From Promethearchaeota archaeon (lineage in GTDB: Archaea > Asgardarchaeota > Lokiarchaeia > Sigyniarchaeales > SOKP01): 64,000 nt of DNA. The position numbers and the translations under genes were made by a program. The stretch spans positions 1 to 64,000 of the forward strand of contig JAHPZE010000024.1 of assembly GCA_019058365.1 (NCBI GenBank), in the 5' to 3' direction. Under the pieces are notes generated by a model. It was not told the origin of the DNA, did not search any database, and worked only from the letters and a program-made list of their open reading frames with translations. Below are positions 39,850-49,863 of this stretch, one piece after another (the stretch's first letter is position 1; each line of letters starts with the position of its first letter).

Positions 39850-41901
39850 TTGACTGTGCCAGAACTAGAAGAAATAGGAAAATCAAATTTAATAAGTCCA
39901 AATTTGGGACATCCATCAATTTTAAAAATTGATAATAAATTAAAAAATAAAAACTTTCAAGCTCATTTACTGTTTATTGCTGAAAATTATGATTTAGAGA
40001 TTTTTACTAAATCCATTCAAAGTCAGATATCTTTAATTCCGTTATATGATTATAAATGGTCTTATAAATTAATTTTCGTGAAAAAACCAAAAGGATTGTT
40101 CTCAAAATGGAGAGAGAAAAGAGCTAGGAAAAAAAACAAAAAATTTATTGAAGATATTTTAAAAACTGGAAAAAAGTTAGATCTAAATTTAGAACGACTG
40201 AAAGAATTAAAATCGCGATTACATAGAGGGGATCCTATTTTTCCCAAAGTAATAAATGTTGAAGATTCTCCCATAATCCCAATTCAAAATATCTCTACGA
40301 CAGATGATTTGAATCCACAAGAAATTTTAATAAAAAATCAAGTATTTGGCGAATTAAATAAATTTTATAAGGTGACTGTCGAATTTACTTTAAATAAAGA
40401 AATCCTGAAAATTTTAAAGGAACGAAATTTTGTTATGTTTGATATACATAATGCTAATCACCAAATAAATTATCATTCCCTTGTGGTTTCCAAGCAAAAA
40501 TGGGAAGATTTTACCTTTGTTCATGCTACAGATCTACACTTAGCAGAAAGAAATGACAAAATTTATGGAATTGTTAAAAAATGGACAGAATCTTCAATTA
40601 AAGAGAATGTAGAAGATTTTTTTGAAACTATAAAAAAAAAGTTGAAAATTAAAAAGAGAGTAAAGGATGAAGAAAATATACTCTCAGAATTGAAAATTCC
40701 CTTAAGAAAGCGTATAATTAATCCAAATAATCAATTTAGAAGATTTATAAAACTGATGAATAAGAAAGTGCTTAAGAATGAATTAGATTTCATTGTATTA
40801 ACGGGAGATATTGTTGATTATACAGTTTTAAGTAGTTTATCTAAGAAAATTCGTAAATTGAATGAATTTAAATACGAAGATAGTAATTGGTTAACTTTCA
40901 AAAATATACTCTTGAATATACCACCTAAAGAGAAATTTAAAGGAGTAATTAGAGGTGAAGAATTAAATTGTCCAATTTTTACGACCTTAGGAAATCATGA
41001 TTATCGACCTTTTCATTATGATCTCACATGGGCAGAGATGTACAAGAAGATTGGGCTAAACGCATCTGAAGCAATTGCATTGAATGAATTATTTTCTGCA
41101 TCCCCTATTACAGCTTTAACAAAAACCTCCCTAGCTTTAAAAGGGTATTTAGCAGAAATTAATTCTTCTTTTGACTTTTCTATCATGCTTGGAAATAACT
41201 TGTTTATTATATTGAATACAGGGTCTGATTCTTTTAAAAATCTAAGAGATTTAATAACTGGTCATCCTTCTGTTACTGGAATTTCATTCAAACAAATAAA
41301 ATATTTAGAAAATCTGATAAACAACGTAATTAAAAATGATACAAACACTTTTCTATTTTTACACGGGCCACCATTAAACACTGGAGGTAAAAAGTATAGT
41401 ATTAATATATTTGAAAAAAAAGGAAGTCGATTTATTACACAAAAGATGATTGAGTTTAAAGAATCGTTAATTACAAAATTGGGAAAACCAATTTCAGCAG
41501 CACGTATTGATGGAGTATTTAATATGAAATATGGAACAATTTCATCAAATTGGGAAAAAATAGTTAAATTTTGTAAAGATTATTGTATTTTAACTCTTGC
41601 TGGTCATACTCATGATTCATTGGAATTTAGATTAGAAAACCCCGAGAAAAAAACTAGTGTGTATGATGCGCCTCCATTTAGGTTACATAAAATTGAAAAT
41701 CCCGCAGCAATATATTATGATGAATATTCTGAAATATATACCGATGCGAAAAGTATAAGGGAGAATGGACCTTTTGTAGTGCAAACCCCCGCTTTAGGAT
41801 TAGGTAGCTATCGAAATCCTGATACAGCTGGGGGGTATAGAGAAATAATTGTTAAGGATAGCAAATTAAGTTCTTTTAAAATAAAATATATCACTCGTTA
41901 A
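39850..41901 (+). CDS. Calcineurin-like metallophosphoesterase
   Basis: TDLH, TGDIVD, LGNHD, LHGPP, AGHTH. Confidence 0.88.
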   Translation: MTVPELEEIGKSNLISPNLGHPSILKIDNKLKNKNFQAHLLFIAENYDLEIFTKSIQSQISLIPLYDYKWSYKLIFVKKPKGLFSKWREKRARKKNKKFIEDILKTGKKLDLNLERLKELKSRLHRGDPIFPKVINVEDSPIIPIQNISTTDDLNPQEILIKNQVFGELNKFYKVTVEFTLNKEILKILKERNFVMFDIHNANHQINYHSLVVSKQKWEDFTFVHATDLHLAERNDKIYGIVKKWTESSIKENVEDFFETIKKKLKIKKRVKDEENILSELKIPLRKRIINPNNQFRRFIKLMNKKVLKNELDFIVLTGDIVDYTVLSSLSKKIRKLNEFKYEDSNWLTFKNILLNIPPKEKFKGVIRGEELNCPIFTTLGNHDYRPFHYDLTWAEMYKKIGLNASEAIALNELFSASPITALTKTSLALKGYLAEINSSFDFSIMLGNNLFIILNTGSDSFKNLRDLITGHPSVTGISFKQIKYLENLINNVIKNDTNTFLFLHGPPLNTGGKKYSINIFEKKGSRFITQKMIEFKESLITKLGKPISAARIDGVFNMKYGTISSNWEKIVKFCKDYCILTLAGHTHDSLEFRLENPEKKTSVYDAPPFRLHKIENPAAIYYDEYSEIYTDAKSIRENGPFVVQTPALGLGSYRNPDTAGGYREIIVKDSKLSSFKIKYITR

Positions 41902-42044
41902 ATTGAAGATTTAAAATCTTAGGTTTCCTTCTATAATACATTTTATACAAATAAATTATTAAATTGGAAAGGATTATTTATTAGAAATTCCCTCGCTTAA
42001 TTAATAAATCCTCTATATAATACAAAAAATATCCGAATAACGAA

Positions 42045-43475
42045 GTGTTCTTAGTGTATATTAAAAACATTTCTCATTTACTTTCAGATAATCTAGATAG
42101 GAATCTGTTAAATTTAAGAGAAATTGGACTTCAAGCACTTGAAAGATCAATTTATGCTGTAAAACCAAAAATTCTGATGGAAAGATCAATTAAAATCCAA
42201 AATAGCAAATTATTCATTCAAAACGATGAATATGATTTATCAAAATTTAAAAAAATATACATTATAGGTGGTGGAAAAGCAACTGCTGAAATGGCAGTGT
42301 CGCTTGAAAGATTAATGATAAGTTTGAAAGATATTGAATATAAAGGTATTATTAACATACCAAAAAATACAGAAAAAAAAGGATTGTTTGAAAAAAGTAA
42401 AATTGTCATTAATTATGCTTCTCATCCCCTTCCAGACGTGCATGGGTTAAAAGGTACTAGATCCATGATGGAAATTATAGAACATTCCACTAAAAATGAT
42501 CTCATTTTCTGCTTAATTTCTGGAGGAGGCTCTGCTTTGCTTCCATTACCAAAACATGGTATAAGTCTTAAAGATTTAAAAGAAATCAATTCTTTACTCT
42601 TAAATTCTGGGGCATCTATACATGAAATTAATACAATTCGAAAACACATATCAGACTTCAAAGGCGGAAACCTTGCTAAAAAAGTTTATAATTCAAGTAG
42701 AGCTATCTTAATTTCATTGATCATTTCAGATGTAATCGGAGATGAATTAGATTCTATTGCTTCTGGACCTACGGTACCTGATAAAACTACTTTTAAGGAG
42801 AGTCTTGAAATTGTTAAAAAATATGGACTTTTAGATGAAATTCCTAACTCAATCAAGGATTATTTAGAAAAAGGGTTATTAAATAAAAAGTTCGAGAATC
42901 CAAAGCCCAATGATTTGTGCTTTACTAATGTTCATAATTATTTAATTGGAAGTGTAGATTTTGCTGTAAAGGATATTAGATCTTTGTTAAATAGTAAAGG
43001 ATTTGAGGTCAATTATTTTTCTAATAGTTTGATGGGCGAAGCTCGAGAATTTGGAAAAACTCTTCATGATATTATTTCACATCATATAGAAGAATATAAA
43101 ATTCAAACCAAAACTGAAAAACTGTCGTTAATTGGAACTGGTGAATTGACAGTTACCATTGCTGGAAAGGGTATTGGTGGAAGAAATCAAGAGATGCTAC
43201 TAAGCTACCTAAATAATATACAAAATAGGAAATTTAATTATAATTTTTTGATTATTGGCGCTAATCTTGATGGGATTGAGGGAAACAGCGACGCATGTGG
43301 TGCTCTAGTTGATAATATAGTTGTAAAGAATATTAAAGAAGGAGTTATTGATACTAAAAGCTATTTGGATAATAATGATTCTAATAGTTTTTTTAAAAAA
43401 ATTGGAACTGAGATTATTACAGGCCCAACTGGATGTAATGTAAATGATTTAGTATTAATTCTAATCTCCAGATAA
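42045..43475 (+). CDS. Glycerate 2-kinase (MOFRL/GckA family)
   Basis: GGGKA, SHPLPD, ISGGGSAL, KGG.LA, SDVIGD, IASGPT, GGRNQE, TGPTGCNVND. Confidence 0.93.
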   Translation: MFLVYIKNISHLLSDNLDRNLLNLREIGLQALERSIYAVKPKILMERSIKIQNSKLFIQNDEYDLSKFKKIYIIGGGKATAEMAVSLERLMISLKDIEYKGIINIPKNTEKKGLFEKSKIVINYASHPLPDVHGLKGTRSMMEIIEHSTKNDLIFCLISGGGSALLPLPKHGISLKDLKEINSLLLNSGASIHEINTIRKHISDFKGGNLAKKVYNSSRAILISLIISDVIGDELDSIASGPTVPDKTTFKESLEIVKKYGLLDEIPNSIKDYLEKGLLNKKFENPKPNDLCFTNVHNYLIGSVDFAVKDIRSLLNSKGFEVNYFSNSLMGEAREFGKTLHDIISHHIEEYKIQTKTEKLSLIGTGELTVTIAGKGIGGRNQEMLLSYLNNIQNRKFNYNFLIIGANLDGIEGNSDACGALVDNIVVKNIKEGVIDTKSYLDNNDSNSFFKKIGTEIITGPTGCNVNDLVLILISR

Positions 43476-43506
43476 ATTTAAACAAAAAAAAGCAAAAGTA
43501 AATAAA

Positions 43507-43656
43507 ATGGTTGGAGTAATTATTTGCCCCGTTTGTGGTTTTAGCTTCAGAGATTTAAGCACAAAAAATAAAAAAGACAAGATTGTATGTCCAATGTGTG
43601 GTCATGAATTTAACGATCCTAACATAAGCTTTCCTGTAAAAGAAGATGATAAATAA
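43507..43656 (+). CDS. Small zinc-ribbon protein (49 aa, absent from ORF track)
   Basis: MVGVIICPVCGFSF...IVCPMCGHEF. Confidence 0.8.
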   Translation: MVGVIICPVCGFSFRDLSTKNKKDKIVCPMCGHEFNDPNISFPVKEDDK

Positions 43657-43819
43657 TTTTGGCAATATAGGATAAAATTTCATTTCTGTTACACACAACT
43701 CTCTTACTTTATATTGATAAATTTTTTATAGTTTGGCGATGAAATTAATTTATCGATTAATTTATATTAATTGGTAAATAGTTTTCTATTTGATAAAAAC
43801 AAATTCTTGGTAAAAAACA

Positions 43820-46000
43820 ATGGCTAAAAAAGATAGAGATAAAAAAAAGAAAGAAACAAGACCAACGGCGCGAATGGGTTGGGGTAAGGAAGAAGCTGAA
43901 GAAGAAATCGTTGCTGAGGGATTGAAAAGAAAAGATATGGACACTGGTCGTGTCGAATTAATCGATCGAGACAGTTCGACTCCGGTTATTGAGACTTACG
44001 ATCAAAACACAGGAAAACTTGAAGGAAGCATCTTATTGAAAAATAGAAATAGAGAAGGCTTATTAGCATTGGTTAAAATTATTGAAGAAGTAGACGTAAA
44101 ACAAGACCATGATGCTAACATTAAGACATTTACGCATAAAGGAAAATTAAACATTGAAAATCCTAGTACTATTGATAGATTATGGGATATTGATGTTTCA
44201 CTTGATAATATTGGTAGCACTGATTTGAAATCAAAAGATATTTCAATACAAGAATTAGGTACAGAGGAACCAGATAATATTAACTCAAGAGAATTTCGAA
44301 TAACAAAGGATATAAAAAATTTATTACTTGTTAAAGAGTTTATTTGTACTCTTCCTAATGCGGATGATGTATTGAATATTAACGATATTGAGAAAGAGTT
44401 AGTAAAATTAAAGGATAAAAAAAGCGGAGTTCCCTCTAAACCATCTAAAAAAGAACCTGAAACCAAAAAGGAGGAAGAAGAGGAAGAAGATAAGGAAGAA
44501 GATAAGGAAGAAGATGAAGTAGGTGATACATGGGGGGATGGTGGAACTCTAGTTGAAACAGGATTAGAGTCTTTTGGAATCTCGATTGATAGAGAAAATG
44601 TTGTTCACTTCGCAATTGCTCTTAGAAGTTTGTTTGATAAACCTGTATCCAATATTAAAGTCGTAAAAAATATTCCAGATGATTTTAAAAATCCCGTAAT
44701 TGTAGATACTACTGATGGAAAAGCTAATATTGAAGGAAAGCAAATAGTCTGGACAATGGATAAATTAGCTCCAGAACATACAGTGATGTTGAAATTCACA
44801 TGCAACATTATGGTTACCGATATTATTAAAAGACGAACAGGAACAATTGAGGTTACTTATCAAAGTGCATCTTCTTTTGCTGAAGGATTAAATATAGGTA
44901 AATTTGATGCTTATACTAGAAATAAGTTCTATGTCGATACGGTCGAAAGAGATGAAGAACCAGGTATTTTTGATTGCAAGCTTGTATTTGATAATTCTTC
45001 GGAGTTTATCATACAACTCTTCAATGCGGATGTGTATTCCCCAGAGGATGAGTCAAAAAAATTTGTTGATATTGACCCAAATGATGTACCTTTATTGCCA
45101 AGTGGCGCTCAATGGCACTCAATAAAGTGGGAGTTTCAGAGTGAGGAGTATCCTACGTTTAGGAAGAAATTGGAATTTCGAGTAATGCCGGATTTTCAAA
45201 CAATCGTAAATGGAACCGCTTCTCTTTCAGATGTTATATTAGAAATTGGAAGTATCACTGGAGTAATGTCATACAACTTAACTGAAGTTCCGACTTACCG
45301 TCCTAAAGATGTTATCGCCACAATTAAAGTAGTTAATAATGGTTCAGCTCCTCTAAATGAGATAGCTATTCTACAGCATACTTTCTCAGACGAATATCAA
45401 CCCCCAAAAGCAAATGAGGTAAAGTTATTATGGGACGGGGAAGAAGTTGAAGTATCTGCGGCTGCAGTAAGTTTTGAAGATAAAGAATTTAAGATTAATC
45501 TTAAAAATCTAAAAGACAGTAGCACTGGTATGTTTAAACCAGAATCAACAATGGAATTTGAATATCCTATTCATTGTGTAAATCCTGCACGTGAATCCAC
45601 TTTTGAAACTGAAATCATATATCTCGCTAATACTTTTCCAATAAGTCAAGAGTTAGAATTCAAACCGGAAGTTCCTGTAATTAAAGCAATGCACATCAGA
45701 AGGAAATTTCGTGTTGGAAAAGAGATTGCCACAATTGGAGACCTTGGACATTACAGAATTATATTAACGCTTGAAAACATTGGTGAGTCTAAATTACATC
45801 ATTTAGTGCTTTTAGATAAAGTTCCTGATTCGTTTGAATATGGTACTTATTCTATGACACCAGAAATAACAGATGAAGTAGGAGAAGATACCTTAAAATG
45901 GGATATTGAAACTTTAGAAGTCGGCGAAAAATTAGAAATCACATATGAAATAACGGGTACAGGTAAATATAGCCCATCTGATGCCCAATTAGCGCTTTAA
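43820..46000 (+). CDS. Cytoplasmic beta-sandwich protein with mu-adaptin/DUF11-like modules
   Basis: 726 aa, no signal peptide; segments LRSLF...NIKVVKNIP...GKA...IVWTM and LENIG...LLDKVPDSF...LKWDI..L..GEK.EITY. Confidence 0.75.
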   Translation: MAKKDRDKKKKETRPTARMGWGKEEAEEEIVAEGLKRKDMDTGRVELIDRDSSTPVIETYDQNTGKLEGSILLKNRNREGLLALVKIIEEVDVKQDHDANIKTFTHKGKLNIENPSTIDRLWDIDVSLDNIGSTDLKSKDISIQELGTEEPDNINSREFRITKDIKNLLLVKEFICTLPNADDVLNINDIEKELVKLKDKKSGVPSKPSKKEPETKKEEEEEEDKEEDKEEDEVGDTWGDGGTLVETGLESFGISIDRENVVHFAIALRSLFDKPVSNIKVVKNIPDDFKNPVIVDTTDGKANIEGKQIVWTMDKLAPEHTVMLKFTCNIMVTDIIKRRTGTIEVTYQSASSFAEGLNIGKFDAYTRNKFYVDTVERDEEPGIFDCKLVFDNSSEFIIQLFNADVYSPEDESKKFVDIDPNDVPLLPSGAQWHSIKWEFQSEEYPTFRKKLEFRVMPDFQTIVNGTASLSDVILEIGSITGVMSYNLTEVPTYRPKDVIATIKVVNNGSAPLNEIAILQHTFSDEYQPPKANEVKLLWDGEEVEVSAAAVSFEDKEFKINLKNLKDSSTGMFKPESTMEFEYPIHCVNPARESTFETEIIYLANTFPISQELEFKPEVPVIKAMHIRRKFRVGKEIATIGDLGHYRIILTLENIGESKLHHLVLLDKVPDSFEYGTYSMTPEITDEVGEDTLKWDIETLEVGEKLEITYEITGTGKYSPSDAQLAL
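44481..44516 (+). repeat. 12-bp tandem repeat x3 encoding an acidic linker (EEDK)n
   Basis: aggaagaagata aggaagaagata aggaagaagatg. Confidence 0.8.
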
Positions 46001-46145
46001 TATAAAATTAATATTTTTTATTTTTTTATTTTTTTTTTTTACAATAATAGTTTAATAATCTTACAGATAAGTATTAAATGAATAAACAATGAAATTTAAT
46101 TTAATTACTATTAATTTCTATAATCATAAATAGTTCTGAAAACCT

Positions 46146-47816
46146 ATGTTAAGAAAACGTTATCAGCTAAATTGGATGTTTGAATGTCCAGATGCAGTAT
46201 TAACATGTTCTATTTTGAAATGTAAAGACAAAGATTTTCTTGTATTTGGTGGACATGATAAAACTCTTTATCTAATGGATGAGGAAAATAATATACTTGA
46301 TGAACGGGTTTTTGATGGATGGTGTCGCTGCACTTATCCAATTGATATAGATGGAGATGGATGTGATGAGCTATTAGTAGGAGCTGGCGATGGAAATTTT
46401 ATGGTTATGAAATTAAATATAGAAAAAACCAAACTGACTGGATTGATGCGGTACAAAGCCTCCAAGAGGATAAATTGCTGTATCGCGGGAGACTTCACTC
46501 AAGATGGGAATATTGAAATGATTTTTGGGAGTGAAGATAAAACACTTAAAATTTTCGATGATATTAAAGCAAAAGAACCAAAATATACATTTTATTATGA
46601 TTCTTGGGTTACAGCTTGTACATTAGGATATTTAAAATTACCAGATCTCGATGAACCTATTAACGCATTATTAGTTGGAACTAAAAATGGGTTGGTTCAA
46701 TTAATTCAATTTAAAGAAAACATGCCAGATATTACTTGGCAGAACAATTTTAATACTCAGATTAATGATATCAAAGTTGGAGATGTTATTAATGATGGGT
46801 TTAATGAGATCGTATTAGCTACTGATGATTCATTTATTAGGATTTTAAATTGTAAAGGTGAACTTATTAAAGAGATTGAAATAGATGAGGGACGTCCAGT
46901 TTCATTATTAATTGAAGATATTGACGGCGATAATGCAAAGGAAATTGTTGCTGGATGTGCAGATGGTTCTTTAAAAGTCTTTCATAATCAATCGTTAAAT
47001 TCTCAAGATTTTGAGTTAAAATGGAAGACTAAGGTTGCGTCATCGATTAAAAATGTATGCTATATTTCAGGAAAAGAACAAAATTTAAAGCATATTATAT
47101 TTGGAGGTTATGATCGTAGAATCAGAAATGTAACTGATTTTGAATGGGGGCAAAAAGAAATACTTGATATTCCTCAAAACATTCAAATCCCCAAAACACA
47201 AACAAGTAAAAAAGAGGATTTAATTGAGCAAATAGCTCAAATAAAAGATGTTCCAACAAATTTAAGAGAATATATTTTTAACAGCTTGCAAGAAAAGGGG
47301 CATTTAAAAGATTTAATGGATGAATTATCAGAATTAGGGTATTCAGAGGATGAGATATTAGAAGAATTCACACTATTAAAAACACAGAAGTCAACCGTTT
47401 ATGAAAAGATTACATTTCCAGTTTGGAGTTTACCTGAAGAAGAAACGCAGAAAGAAATTCCTGAAGAAATTAAAGCAGAAATTGTAGTTAAGGTACAACC
47501 AAAACCTAAAGTACAACCATTAGTTATTGAAAAACCAGTAGAACCTATAAAGGAAAAATTACGAGCTGCTCTTGAACCTGAGATTACAAAGCCTGTTTCT
47601 AAAGAAATAGTAAGTATTAGTGGGTCTTTAGAAGATACAATTATAGCTTATCTAAGGGAAGAAAAAGTTGTTGAAACAAAGGCTCAATTTATTAATGATA
47701 TCCAAGAGAAAGGATTCTCTAACACTCAAATTGAAAAGGAAATTACTTTATTAAAGGACCAAGGTAAAATTCAATACTCTCGGGCTAAACCGAAGGGTTG
47801 GAGTTTAGCTAAATAA
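46146..47816 (+). CDS. FG-GAP/VCBS-type beta-propeller protein with C-terminal winged-helix-like domain
   Basis: Repeats DIDGDGCDELLVG, DFTQDGNIEMIFGSED, DVINDGFNEIVL, DIDGDNAKEIVAG; no signal peptide. Confidence 0.82.
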   Translation: MLRKRYQLNWMFECPDAVLTCSILKCKDKDFLVFGGHDKTLYLMDEENNILDERVFDGWCRCTYPIDIDGDGCDELLVGAGDGNFMVMKLNIEKTKLTGLMRYKASKRINCCIAGDFTQDGNIEMIFGSEDKTLKIFDDIKAKEPKYTFYYDSWVTACTLGYLKLPDLDEPINALLVGTKNGLVQLIQFKENMPDITWQNNFNTQINDIKVGDVINDGFNEIVLATDDSFIRILNCKGELIKEIEIDEGRPVSLLIEDIDGDNAKEIVAGCADGSLKVFHNQSLNSQDFELKWKTKVASSIKNVCYISGKEQNLKHIIFGGYDRRIRNVTDFEWGQKEILDIPQNIQIPKTQTSKKEDLIEQIAQIKDVPTNLREYIFNSLQEKGHLKDLMDELSELGYSEDEILEEFTLLKTQKSTVYEKITFPVWSLPEEETQKEIPEEIKAEIVVKVQPKPKVQPLVIEKPVEPIKEKLRAALEPEITKPVSKEIVSISGSLEDTIIAYLREEKVVETKAQFINDIQEKGFSNTQIEKEITLLKDQGKIQYSRAKPKGWSLAK

Positions 47817-48263
47817 TTATTCTTGAGTTTTTTTTATAAAAAAATTTAGTAGTGTGTCATTAAAATACTCAAATTGATTTAATTGTGTGAAATCTACTCC
47901 ATTATATTTTTGAATAAACAATTGAATCACGGGATCAACTTTTTCAAAAAACTTCCTAACGAGTTTATCAGATTTCTTTTTACTCTTATCAACTAGCCCA
48001 TATAATATAATTGGTTCTTTATCATGATTATCTTCTGATTGGATTTCAGATATTTTAAAGATAAATAGGGTATTCCCTGATTCTAAATATTCTAAAGAGC
48101 TTTTATTAAATGCAGTGTTCACGAAAGCATTAATTGCAGAAATAAATGCCCCTCTCAGATCTTTATTCACTCCGCTTTCTTTTTGAGCAGGTAATTCTTT
48201 AAAAATTTGATTTACAAGTACAAATCCCCGGAATACAAAACCAATTTCGTAAAGTTCCTTCAA
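47817..48263 (-). CDS. Longin-like small protein
   Basis: Pattern ELYEIGFV.RG.VL...DL.GAFISAINAF......LEYLE.GN..FIF matches longin topology as recalled. Confidence 0.6.
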   Translation of the reverse strand: MKELYEIGFVFRGFVLVNQIFKELPAQKESGVNKDLRGAFISAINAFVNTAFNKSSLEYLESGNTLFIFKISEIQSEDNHDKEPIILYGLVDKSKKKSDKLVRKFFEKVDPVIQLFIQKYNGVDFTQLNQFEYFNDTLLNFFIKKTQE

Positions 48264-48377
48264 TTTAGAACCAGATAATTATAATTTATAACTTAACTAC
48301 TTAATATTTTTGTTAAGAATTTAATAGTTGTTTTCATATTTAACTTTAAACAATATATATTTACTGTTAAAAAGAAC

Positions 48378-48914
48378 GTGTTAAAACAAGTCATTATCAT
48401 GAAAGAAAATTTTGATAAAAGATTTAATGAAAAACTTAAGGAACTAAATGTTTTATTACCTAATCTTAAAGAAGGAGTTAATTGCGCTGAACTAACATTA
48501 ACAAGCGTGCTAGATATTCTAGAACTCGACAAATACATCTTTCATAATTTGGCAATTCCTTTAGCTGGAAGTTTCGGGGGTTATAAATCAAAAAACGGAT
48601 GGCAGGGAGCATGTGGGGCTGTCTGTGGAGGTTGTTCAGCAATAGGAGTAATATTGGGCGGTCATGAAAGAATGGATAATGAAACTATGTTGAAGGCATA
48701 TTTAAAAGCAGCAAAATTTGCTAGTGAATTTGAAAAAGAATTCGGCTCTGTAGTATGCCCTGAACTCTGTGGCTATGATTTCAGTGAACCTGAAGGTATG
48801 ACAGAATATCGAAATAGTGGAACTTGGGCAAAAATTTGCTATCATTATGTAGTATGGGCTATAGATCAAGTAGGAAAGCTTACGCGTGAAGAATTAAAAA
48901 AAAGCTGGGAATAA
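48378..48914 (+). CDS. C_GCAxxG_C_C family redox protein
   Basis: NCAE, ACGAVCGG, FGSVVCPEL, terminal Cys. Confidence 0.88.
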   Translation: MLKQVIIMKENFDKRFNEKLKELNVLLPNLKEGVNCAELTLTSVLDILELDKYIFHNLAIPLAGSFGGYKSKNGWQGACGAVCGGCSAIGVILGGHERMDNETMLKAYLKAAKFASEFEKEFGSVVCPELCGYDFSEPEGMTEYRNSGTWAKICYHYVVWAIDQVGKLTREELKKSWE

Positions 48915-49045
48915 AGTATTTAAAAAAAAACTCTAAATACGAAATTTTTAACTTTTTGAAATTATAAGTTTTTTATATAAACATTGGTTTATTACAATTA
49001 TTCAGAAAAAAAATAAACTAAATATAAAGTTAAGGGACTAATTTT

Positions 49046-49288
49046 ATGAGCGAAGAAGAGTCTAGATTTTGCCCGTATTGCGGCATTGAGTTGGAACATC
49101 CTTATTGGCAACACATTCAGACAGATCATCCAAATAAATATACCCAAAAAGAAACTTGGATAAAACTATATAAAGATTATGTAGGTTTAGGCATGGATCA
49201 AGCGACGTCGTTAATGGTAATATCCGAATTGTTCAATGCAACTCAAGAAGAGATTAAATCTTTCCTAAAAAATGCGAAGGTCTTATAG
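49046..49288 (+). CDS. Small C2H2-type zinc-binding protein
   Basis: CPYCG...HIQTDH. Confidence 0.8.
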   Translation: MSEEESRFCPYCGIELEHPYWQHIQTDHPNKYTQKETWIKLYKDYVGLGMDQATSLMVISELFNATQEEIKSFLKNAKVL

Positions 49289-49368
49289 TTTCTATTTAAA
49301 AACTAATTTGTATAATTAAAATAAATAAAGATATAATAAAATTTAAATCCTAATTTCTAAAATTTGCA

Positions 49369-49668
49369 TTAAAACTCCTCTTCTTCCTCGTCTTCTTTTA
49401 GGAGTCCTGCTTGCTTTAGCATATCTTCTACACTATCACGAGCTTTAATTACTTGCTCATTTTCATTTAAGTTAAGTTTTTCAATTACATCATCGCTAAA
49501 TTCCATAAATTTTTCGATAGCACCAGAACTGAACTCTTTTATTTTTTCAGAAGTTTCTTCTATGAAGTCTTTTCCAGATTCACCAAACACTGAACCAACA
49601 AATGAAGTAAATTGTTCATTCAGCTTTTCTATGAAGTTTTTTTCTTTTTTTTCTCCTTCTTTACTCAT
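49369..49668 (-). CDS. Small acidic helical hypothetical protein
   Basis: 99-aa ORF with acidic tail. Confidence 0.75.
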   Translation of the reverse strand: MSKEGEKKEKNFIEKLNEQFTSFVGSVFGESGKDFIEETSEKIKEFSSGAIEKFMEFSDDVIEKLNLNENEQVIKARDSVEDMLKQAGLLKEDEEEEEF

Positions 49669-49863
49669 TTACATATAAACCTTTTTAAATTAAATTATTT
49701 TAAATAATTTTTTAAAATATTAAAATTCATATGCTATATTATATTAACTTTTATTGTTTCCAACTTTTAAGGTCATCTTTGTTATAACCGAATAAATCAC
49801 AGCAGATTTCTTTATTATTCCTACCGAATTCAGATCCAGATAACATTTTATTAATTTTAAAAA

